Assembly: GCA_050176585.1 (NCBI GenBank)
Contig: JBFXHX010000011.1
Span: 26,688 to 90,687, forward strand
Direction of reading: 5' to 3'
DNA length: 64,000 bases
From: Candidatus Binatia bacterium
GTDB taxonomy: Bacteria; Desulfobacterota; Binatia; HRBIN30; CADEER01
In this document: positions 56,746 through 64,000 of the stretch, piece after piece
Position numbering within the stretch: position 1 is the stretch's first letter
How the letters are laid out: each line of letters starts with the position of its first letter
Made by a program: the position numbers and the translations under genes
Notes under the pieces: model-generated
Told to the model about the DNA's origin: nothing
What the model saw: the letters and a program-made list of their open reading frames with translations, nothing else
The model's database searches: none

Positions 56746-58593
56746 TCACGTGCCCTTGCGGCGCGCCGCGAGCTGCGCGGCCTTGGTTGGATCCCACCAC
56801 CAGGTCTCGAGCTGCACGCCCTGTGCGGGGATCGTGCTCGGGCGGCCGAACTTGTTCCAGTAGGCGAGGCGGTCGTAGGCGATGTGCCAGTTCGGCACCA
56901 CGTAGAAGCCCCACTGCAGCGCGCGGTCGAGCGCCTGGGTGCGCGCCACCAAACTCGCGCGGTCCGGGGCGGCGATGACGCCGTCGACCAGCCCATCGAT
57001 TACCGGATCGGCGAGTCCCAGCACGTTCAGGCTGCCGGGCTGATTCGCGTAGGCGGAGGTCCAGAACGCCCGCTGCTCGTTGCCGGGCGACTGCGACTGC
57101 GGCCACACCTGCATGACGACGTCGAAGTCGAAGTTGTCGACGCGCTTGCGGTACTGGGCGGGATCGACCGTGCGCACGCGCGCGGTGATGCCGAGGCGCT
57201 CGAGGTTCTTGGCGAACGGCAGGGTGATGCGCTCGTACGCCGGATCGACGAGCAGGAACTCGAACTCGAACAGCTTGCCCTCCGCGTTAACGAGCTTCTT
57301 GCTCTTCGGGTCGACCGACCAGCCCGCGGCTTTCAGCAGCTCGACGGCTTTCCGCAGGTTGTCGCGCAGATTGCCCGAGCCGTCGGTCGCCGGCGGCTGG
57401 TACTCGGTGGTGAACACCTCGGACGGCAGGCGGTCGCGATAGGGCTCCAACGCCTGCAACTCGAGGCCGGCGGGAACTCCGTTCGCCGCCAACTCGGAGT
57501 TGTCGAAGTAGCTGCGCGTGCGCGTGTACTGGCCATAGAAGAGGGTCCGGTTCGCCCATTCGAAATCGAAAGCGTAACCCAGCGCCTGCCGCACGCGCCG
57601 GTCTTGGAACAGCGGCCGGCGCAAGTTGAAAGCGTAGCCTTGCATCCCAGCGGGGCGATCGTGCTTCGCCTCCTCCTTGCGGAGCCACCCCTGCTCGACG
57701 GCGGAGCCGTCGTACGCCGTAGCCCAGTCTTTCGAAGACGCCTCCAGCCGAAAATCATATGCCCCGGCCTTCAGCGCCTCCAGCGCGACCGTCATGTCGC
57801 GGTAGTAGTCGTAGCGGATCACGTCGAAGTTGTGCTGTCCGCGGTTCACCGGCAGGTCCTTGCCCCAGTAGTCAGGTACCCGCCGGTAGGTGTGCCAGCG
57901 GCCGGCCTCGAACTGGTCCAGCTTGTAGGGGCCGCTGCCCAGGGGAGGCTCCAGCGTGGTCGCCTCGAAGTCCTTGCCCTGCCAGTAGTGCTTGGGCAGC
58001 ACCGGCAGTTGCCCGAGGATCAGCGGGAGCTCGCGGTTCTCGCCCGGCTTGAAGGTGAACTTCACGGTCCGGTCGTCGAGCTTCTCGCCGCCGGCGACGT
58101 TGCCGTAATATGCGCGGTAATACGGTTGCCCCTTGGTGCGCAGCGTCTCGAAGGTCCACAGCACGTCGTCGGCGGTGACCGGTTTGCCGTCCTGCCAGCG
58201 CGCCTCCTTGCGCAGGGTGAACTTCACCCAGGAGCGATCGGCGGGCGTCTCGACCGTTTCGGCCAGCAGGCCGTACTCGCTGAACGGTTCGTCGGCTGAG
58301 GCGGTGAGGAGCGTATCGTAGATGCGCGTGATGCCGTCCGCCGGGTTGCCCTTGATGATGAAGGGGTTGAAGCTGTCGAAAGTCCCCAGCCCGTACAGGC
58401 GAAGCTCGCCGCCCTTGGGGGCGTCGGGATTGACGTAGTCGAAATGGGTGAAGCCGGGCCCGTACTTGAGATCGCCGTGCATGGCGATGCCGTGCCCCTT
58501 GGTCGTCCCGCTGTCGACTGCGAGCGCGGCAGAAGCGAGCGACGAGAGGAGAAAGAGCAGTCCGAGTCGGATCAGTCGTGGGCAGCAACGCAT
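56746..58593 (-). CDS. yejA: ABC transporter substrate-binding protein, family 5 (YejA-type)
   Basis: Signal peptide MRCCPRLIRLGLLFLLSSLASAALA, then a family-5 SBP of about 600 aa (microcin C / oligopeptide binding type). Confidence 0.85.
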   Translation of the reverse strand: MRCCPRLIRLGLLFLLSSLASAALAVDSGTTKGHGIAMHGDLKYGPGFTHFDYVNPDAPKGGELRLYGLGTFDSFNPFIIKGNPADGITRIYDTLLTASADEPFSEYGLLAETVETPADRSWVKFTLRKEARWQDGKPVTADDVLWTFETLRTKGQPYYRAYYGNVAGGEKLDDRTVKFTFKPGENRELPLILGQLPVLPKHYWQGKDFEATTLEPPLGSGPYKLDQFEAGRWHTYRRVPDYWGKDLPVNRGQHNFDVIRYDYYRDMTVALEALKAGAYDFRLEASSKDWATAYDGSAVEQGWLRKEEAKHDRPAGMQGYAFNLRRPLFQDRRVRQALGYAFDFEWANRTLFYGQYTRTRSYFDNSELAANGVPAGLELQALEPYRDRLPSEVFTTEYQPPATDGSGNLRDNLRKAVELLKAAGWSVDPKSKKLVNAEGKLFEFEFLLVDPAYERITLPFAKNLERLGITARVRTVDPAQYRKRVDNFDFDVVMQVWPQSQSPGNEQRAFWTSAYANQPGSLNVLGLADPVIDGLVDGVIAAPDRASLVARTQALDRALQWGFYVVPNWHIAYDRLAYWNKFGRPSTIPAQGVQLETWWWDPTKAAQLAARRKGT

Positions 58594-58868
58594 AGCCGGT
58601 AAGTCTACCCGATTCGCCCGCAGTTTGCGCGCACCCCAGCCCCGCGCCGATTGACGGTCCGGTGCCGGGATTGCGGCGCGGCGGGACTGGCTGGACAAAA
58701 TCGGCGCAGCGCTCATAGTTCCATCAGAAACAACTTCCCCATCGCATTACTCCGTAGACCCGTGGCGCTCGGTCGCGCCGTGCGCCTGGCGCTCCTGCGC
58801 GCAGCGGGCGCACGGCGCGCGCGCGAATCCGGCGTTCGGCCAGCGCTGTGCCAAGAGGAGGGCTGAGA

Positions 58869-59774
58869 ATGCCTGCCCAAGAGCAGTTCCTGGTGCTTCC
58901 GGAACAGGCCGGAGAGCTGCCGGATTTCCTCGACGGTTCGATCTACTTCGTGGGGACCGCGACCGTCATCATCCGCTACGGGGGGTTTACGATCCTCACC
59001 GATCCCAACTTCCTGCACGCGGGCGATCACGTGCATCTCGGCTATGGGCTCACGGCTAAACGCCTCACCAACCCCGCCTTGAGCATCGAAGACCTCCCGC
59101 CGATCGATTTCTGCGTGCTCTCCCACTACCACGGCGATCACTTCGACCAGCTCGTGGAAGAAAAGCTGCAGAAGGATTTGCCGATCATCACCACCGAGCA
59201 CGCGCGCGCCGAGCTCGCCAGCAAGGGCTTTACGGCGGCGCGCGCGCTGGACACCTGGGACGCGGTGACGGTCCAGAAAGGGGGCGCGGACGTGCGCGTC
59301 ACCGCGATGCCGGGCAAGCACGGACCGGCGATCGCCGCATTGCTGCTGCCGCCGGTCATGGGGAGCATGCTCGAGTTCCGCCCCGGCGGGGAGACCACCG
59401 CGCTCCGGTTGTACATCACCGGCGACACCCTGGTGCATGACGACCTCCACCAGATCCCACGGCGGTATCCGCACATCGACCTCGCGCTCTTCCACCTGGG
59501 CGGTACGCGGATCGTCGGCATCTTGCTGACCATGGACGCCGAGCAGGGCGTGGAAGCGATTCGGATCATCAATCCGCGCGCGGTGATCCCCATCCACTAC
59601 AACGATTACGAGGTGTTCCGCTCGCCGCTCGAAGACTTCAAACGCGCCGTCGAAGCGGCTGGGCTCGCCGGTCGGGTCCGCTATCTGGCACATGGGGAGC
59701 TGTACGCATTTCGGATGCCCGAAAGCCGCATGGGCGCGTCCGCGCCTGACTCACCGGTGAGTATCCCGGCCTGA
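58869..59774 (+). CDS. MBL-fold metal-dependent hydrolase
   Basis: HYHGDHFD motif. SD AGGAGGG upstream of the ATG. Confidence 0.75.
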   Translation: MPAQEQFLVLPEQAGELPDFLDGSIYFVGTATVIIRYGGFTILTDPNFLHAGDHVHLGYGLTAKRLTNPALSIEDLPPIDFCVLSHYHGDHFDQLVEEKLQKDLPIITTEHARAELASKGFTAARALDTWDAVTVQKGGADVRVTAMPGKHGPAIAALLLPPVMGSMLEFRPGGETTALRLYITGDTLVHDDLHQIPRRYPHIDLALFHLGGTRIVGILLTMDAEQGVEAIRIINPRAVIPIHYNDYEVFRSPLEDFKRAVEAAGLAGRVRYLAHGELYAFRMPESRMGASAPDSPVSIPA

Positions 59775-59926
59775 CCAGACCGGCGGCGCGCTTCCTGTGT
59801 AGCCGCGGTACGTATGGCCGCACGGAGCCCCGCCCGGGCGGGTGATGGGTTGCTGCGCCCCGGCACAGGTCCGGCGGCTACACTCGATCGACTCAATCGC
59901 AGCGCACGCGCTCGCGGCGGGTAGGT

Positions 59927-61843
59927 TTGACAGCCCGCGCCGGCGCCGATAGCGGCACGGCGGTGCAGGACGTCGGCGCGATTCTCGCCACGGTACGGCG
60001 CTACTGGGGCTTCGACCAGTTGCGCCCCCTCCAGCAGGCGGCAATCGCCGCCGGGCTCGAGCGGCGCGATGCCCTGGTAGTGCTGCCGACCGGCGGCGGC
60101 AAATCGCTCTGTTACCAGGTGCCGCCTGCCGTGGCGGGCCGCACCGACATCGTGATCTCGCCGCTCATCGCGTTGATGAAGGACCAGGTCGACGGATTGC
60201 GCGCGAACGGCTACGCGGCGGCGGCGCTCCACAGCGGCATGCGCTTCGAAGAGGTGCGCGAAGTCGAGCAGGGCCTCGCCGACGATCGCTTCCGTCTGCT
60301 CTTCGTCGCCCCGGAGCGGCTCCTCGCGCCGCGCTTCCTCGCCTGGCTCGAACGCGCCGGGGTGCGCGATTTCGCCGTCGACGAAGCGCACTGCATCAGC
60401 CATTGGGGGCATGATTTCCGTCCCGAGTATCGGCAGCTCGCCGAGCTGAAAGGCCGCCTCACGGCGGCCAGCGTGCGCGCGTTCACAGCGACCGCCACCG
60501 AGCGCGTGCGCGCCGACATCGCGGCCCAGCTGCGGCTCGCCGATCCGCTGGTGCTGGTAGGCACGTTCGACCGCCCGAACCTCACGTACCGGGTGGTCCC
60601 GCGCACCGACCTGCAGCGCCAGGTGCTGCAGGTCATGCGCCGCCATGCGGACGAAGCGGCGATCGTCTACTGCCTCACTCGACGCGACACCGAAACGCTG
60701 GCCGCGCAGCTCGCCGCGCAAGGCCTGCGGGCAGGCGCCTACCACGCCGGCATGGACCCCGAGGCGCGGCGGCGGACGCAGGAGGCGTTTGCCGAGGAAC
60801 ACCTAGACATCGTCGTGGCGACCGTCGCGTTCGGCATGGGCATCGATCGCAGCGATGTGCGCTGCGTCATCCATACGGCGCTGCCCAAATCGCTCGAGCA
60901 CTATCAGCAGGAGACGGGCCGCGCCGGCCGCGATGGGCTGGAGGCGGAGTGCACGCTGCTGTACTCAAGCGGCGACGTCGTCCGCCTCGAACGCTTGCTG
61001 GAGCGCAGCGCGGGCGAGGCGGCCGCGCGGCGGGCTGAGCAGCCCGCCGGCGAACCCGAGCCGGGGAACGGCACAGCGGCCGAGGAGGCGCTCGAAGCCG
61101 CGCGCGGCTTGTTGCGCCACATGCAGCGCTTTGCCTCCGGTCTCGCCTGCCGGCACAAGACCCTTTCCGAGTACTTTGGGCAGCCGTACGAGCGCGCGAA
61201 CTGCAGCGCCTGCGACGTGTGCCTCGAAGAAGTCGAGGGCGTGAGCGACGCGACCACCGCTGCGCAGAAGATTCTCTCGGCCGTGGCCCGCGCCGAGGGC
61301 TTCGGCGTGACGCACATCGTCGACATCCTGGCCGGCGCGGACACCGAGCGGGTGCGCGCGCGCCGGCACGACCAGCTCAGCACCTACGGCCTCATGCGCG
61401 GGCTACAGCGCGCCGGTGTCACGGCGATGGTCTACCAGCTCCTGGATCAGCATCTGCTCGAGCGCACCGCTGGCGACCGCCCGGTGCTGCGCCTGAATGC
61501 GGCTTCGTGGGAGGTGCTGCGGGGTCGGCGGACCGTGCAGCTGGTGCAGCCGAAGATCAAGTCTCCCGCCGCGCAACTGCGCGCTGGCGGCGAGTCGTGG
61601 GAGGGTGTGGACCGCGAGCTCTTCGACTCCCTGCGCGGTTTGCGCCGGGAGCTCGCCGCCGCGCGCGGCGTACCGCCGTACATCGTGTTCAGCGATGCCA
61701 CGCTGCGCGATCTCGTACGCCGCCGGCCGCTCTCGCTCGACGCCTTCGCGCAAGCGTACGGGGTCGGCGAGCGCAAGCTACACGATCTCGGGCCACTCTT
61801 CGTGGATCACATCCGGCGCTGGATCGGAGCAGCGAGCGGTTAG
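59927..61843 (+). CDS. recQ: ATP-dependent DNA helicase RecQ (with RQC and HRDC domains)
   Basis: Helicase motifs LVVLPTGGGKSLCYQ (I), DEAHCISHWGHDFRPEY (II) and the QETGRAGRDG arginine finger; zinc-binding Cys cluster; C-terminal HRDC. Confidence 0.92.
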   Translation: MTARAGADSGTAVQDVGAILATVRRYWGFDQLRPLQQAAIAAGLERRDALVVLPTGGGKSLCYQVPPAVAGRTDIVISPLIALMKDQVDGLRANGYAAAALHSGMRFEEVREVEQGLADDRFRLLFVAPERLLAPRFLAWLERAGVRDFAVDEAHCISHWGHDFRPEYRQLAELKGRLTAASVRAFTATATERVRADIAAQLRLADPLVLVGTFDRPNLTYRVVPRTDLQRQVLQVMRRHADEAAIVYCLTRRDTETLAAQLAAQGLRAGAYHAGMDPEARRRTQEAFAEEHLDIVVATVAFGMGIDRSDVRCVIHTALPKSLEHYQQETGRAGRDGLEAECTLLYSSGDVVRLERLLERSAGEAAARRAEQPAGEPEPGNGTAAEEALEAARGLLRHMQRFASGLACRHKTLSEYFGQPYERANCSACDVCLEEVEGVSDATTAAQKILSAVARAEGFGVTHIVDILAGADTERVRARRHDQLSTYGLMRGLQRAGVTAMVYQLLDQHLLERTAGDRPVLRLNAASWEVLRGRRTVQLVQPKIKSPAAQLRAGGESWEGVDRELFDSLRGLRRELAAARGVPPYIVFSDATLRDLVRRRPLSLDAFAQAYGVGERKLHDLGPLFVDHIRRWIGAASG

Positions 61844-62055
61844 GATCGACCGTTTACCGCACAAGCGCGGAGATCGCCTGCTCGCAAATGAACTGTACCC
61901 CCTCTGGGCCTCAGCGCCTCTGCGGGTGATACGTGCATTCTGCCGGCTCGGCTGCAGGGTGATTTCGAATTGCAACGCCGCGATCTCCTGTACGCGCGTA
62001 TCCACCGTCGCGAGCGGCTGCAGTGGGCGGGCGCGCGATTTGCAGCGCGGGGAGC

Positions 62056-62811
62056 ATGACCGCATGCCTCTCACTTCGACCGCAACGCCACGTGCGCCGG
62101 GCACTGATGCTCGCGTCGCTCAGCTGCATCGCGTGGCCCGCGAAAGCATCCGGACAGCAGACGATCTTCAATGTCCCGTCGCCGGACGTGCTCGACGCCG
62201 GTAAGTTCTATCTGGAGACAGACCAGTATTTTCGGCCGTGGAAGACGGAGAGTGGCCGCGCGGCCAACTTTTTCGTCCGCGGCGTGGCCGGGGTGGGGTA
62301 CGACGTGGAGGCGGGGATCAACACCGGTCCGTTCGATTACATCCATCGCAACAACCCTTTCATCGACGCCACTGTGAAGTGGCGACCCGTCTCGCTCGAG
62401 TTCGGGGGTAAAGAGCAGCAGCCCGGGGTATTCGCGCTGTTCGGCGGTACGCAGGTCGGGGTCGGCTTGCGCGCCGACGTAAAGGGCGATGTCCGCAATT
62501 TCAGCTACGGGGCCGCCTCGGTGAGGGTGCCTGGCTTGGGAACGCGCGTTGGAGTCGGACCGTACTTTGCGACCCCTTACGTGTTCGACAACCATTCGCG
62601 CGGCGGCGCGCTCGCCACGTTCGAACAACCGGTGCAGGGCGTCGATGGCCTGGTGCTGGCCGCGGACTGGTTCTCCGGGGACGGCGCCCTCGCTTCACCG
62701 GGAGCGATCTACTCGACGGGTCCGTTCGTCTTCTACCTGGCCTACGGTCTCGCGAACACCGGGCGCAAGGACGACCTCGTCACGTTCGAGGTCGGATACT
62801 ATTTTCCGTGA
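62056..62811 (+). CDS. Putative outer-membrane beta-barrel protein
   Basis: Signal peptide ...MLASLSCIAWPAKASG; alternating hydrophobic pattern; aromatic-rich C-terminus (EVGYYFP). Confidence 0.5.
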   Translation: MTACLSLRPQRHVRRALMLASLSCIAWPAKASGQQTIFNVPSPDVLDAGKFYLETDQYFRPWKTESGRAANFFVRGVAGVGYDVEAGINTGPFDYIHRNNPFIDATVKWRPVSLEFGGKEQQPGVFALFGGTQVGVGLRADVKGDVRNFSYGAASVRVPGLGTRVGVGPYFATPYVFDNHSRGGALATFEQPVQGVDGLVLAADWFSGDGALASPGAIYSTGPFVFYLAYGLANTGRKDDLVTFEVGYYFP

Positions 62812-62960
62812 GCCGTGAGCAGCGAAGCAAGCCGTGAACAGCGAAGGTCGACTGGGCTCTGACGTTAAGCTGTTGCGGTCGCGACACGGCCAATCGCCTC
62901 GTGCGCGCGTTCTCCATCACAGCGCCACGGTCGAACAGCCGTGTCGGACCTCTTTATCCC

Positions 62961-64000
62961 CTATCCGCTCAGTCCCTCGTAACGCCTGCGCTTGCGCCAC
63001 AGGGTGGAGGCGTCGATGCCGAGGATGCGCGCGGCGTCGTCCAGGGTGGGCTGGCGCGCGATGACGCGCAGGATGTGCTCGCGCTCGATCGCCTCGACCG
63101 TGTAGTCACCGCCCAGCTCGGGCGCAACGGCGGACCGCGCGGCGATGCGCTCGGGCAGTGCGGCCGGCTCGATGACCTGACCCGGCCAGAGAATCAATGC
63201 GCGCTCGATCGCGTTGCGCAGCTCGCGGACGTTCCCCGGCCACGGGTAGTCGCGCAGCGCCGCCGCCGCGTCGGGCGACAGGGTTTGGGTTGGCCGTTTG
63301 GCGGCGCGGGCGAAAAAGGCGAGAAAGCCTTCCGCCAGCGGCAAGATGTCCTCGCGCCGCTCGCGCAGGGGGGGAACGCGCAACTCGAGGACGTTCAGGC
63401 GGTACAACAGGTCTTCCCGAAAGCGGCCGGCGCGAACGTCCGCTTCCAGCGCGCGGTTGGTGGCGGCGAGGATGCGCACGTCGGCGCTGCGTGTGACCGT
63501 GTCGCCGACGCGCTCGAATTGCCGGTCCTGCAAGAAGCGCAGGAGCTTGGCCTGCAAGCCAGGCGAGATTTCGCCAATCTCGTCGAGGAAGAGCGTACCG
63601 CCGTCGGCCGCCCCGACGCGCCCGATCTGGTCGCGCACGGCGCCGGTGAACGCCCCGCGCACGTGGCCGAACAGCTCAGAGGCGAGCAGCTCCTCGGATA
63701 GGGTTGGACAGTTCACGACCACGAACGGCCGGTCCCGCCGCGGACTGGCTTCATGGACGCGCCGCGCCAGAACGCCCTTGCCGGTGCCGTTTTCGCCGCG
63801 GAGCAGCACGGTGGCATCGCTCGCCGCCACGCGTGGCACCACGTCCAGTACCGCGCGCATCGCGGGTGCCGCGGTATCGAACCTGACCTCCGGCGCGGCG
63901 CCGCGCAGCTGCTGCTCGACGTCCGCGAGCCGCCGCGCCAGCTGCCGCCGGGTGGCGAGCTGTTCCACCACATGGCGCACCTGGACCGGCGTGAACGGCT
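62961..64000 (-). CDS. Sigma-54-dependent transcriptional activator (AAA+ plus Fis-type HTH); partial, the N-terminus lies beyond the window end
   Basis: Walker [15 protein letters not shown] motif (HVRGAFTGA), C-terminal [21 protein letters not shown]. The reading frame stays open to position 64000. Confidence 0.85.
   Translation of the reverse strand, partial: PFTPVQVRHVVEQLATRRQLARRLADVEQQLRGAAPEVRFDTAAPAMRAVLDVVPRVAASDATVLLRGENGTGKGVLARRVHEASPRRDRPFVVVNCPTLSEELLASELFGHVRGAFTGAVRDQIGRVGAADGGTLFLDEIGEISPGLQAKLLRFLQDRQFERVGDTVTRSADVRILAATNRALEADVRAGRFREDLLYRLNVLELRVPPLRERREDILPLAEGFLAFFARAAKRPTQTLSPDAAAALRDYPWPGNVRELRNAIERALILWPGQVIEPAALPERIAARSAVAPELGGDYTVEAIEREHILRVIARQPTLDDAARILGIDASTLWRKRRRYEGLSG

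Noticed and set aside
1-64000. CRISPR arrays, tRNA or rRNA genes, insertion sequences and integrases
   Set aside because: No regularly spaced direct repeats, no tRNA-like conserved boxes (GTTCGAATC and similar) and no transposase- or integrase-like ORFs were seen on either strand.

Overview
High-GC (~70%) bacterial chromosomal segment, densely coding on both strands, with about 56 supported CDS and no rRNA, tRNA or CRISPR. Most genes are housekeeping. Recognisable genes and blocks are pgpA-cinA-thpR-recA-pilT, alaS-phoH-ybeY, prfB with its programmed +1 frameshift, bioB, recQ, glpD, a yejABEF-type peptide ABC importer, gamma-glutamyltranspeptidase, a subtilase, and the 5' part of a sigma-54 activator. 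The exception is the first ~8.4 kb. It holds a tightly coupled operon: a class-III aminotransferase tail, a Gfo/Idh/MocA oxidoreductase, a nucleotidyltransferase-like/CDP-alcohol phosphatidyltransferase fusion (IPCT/DIPPS-like), a flippase-like membrane protein and a YdjC/HpnK-type deacetylase. It converges on a GT-C (ArnT/PMT-like) glycosyltransferase and is followed by a polyprenyl-phosphate GT2. Together this reads as a candidate, not obviously described, envelope lipid or glycolipid head-group modification pathway. Other items worth a second look: an orphan MT-A70 methyltransferase plus HNH endonuclease pair; two copies of a G/C-tract intergenic repeat; an apparent in-frame YejE-YejF fusion; a DnaQ-exonuclease/GIY-YIG fusion; an M1 peptidase with a beta-propeller tail; an NTF2-fold protein with a histone-H1-like tail; and several long gaps with no ORF. 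Translational coupling is frequent: ATGA or GTGA start/stop overlaps at 103, 3413, 31359, 32348, 45533 and 55552. All calls come from reading the translated ORFs and the sequence directly; no database search was run.
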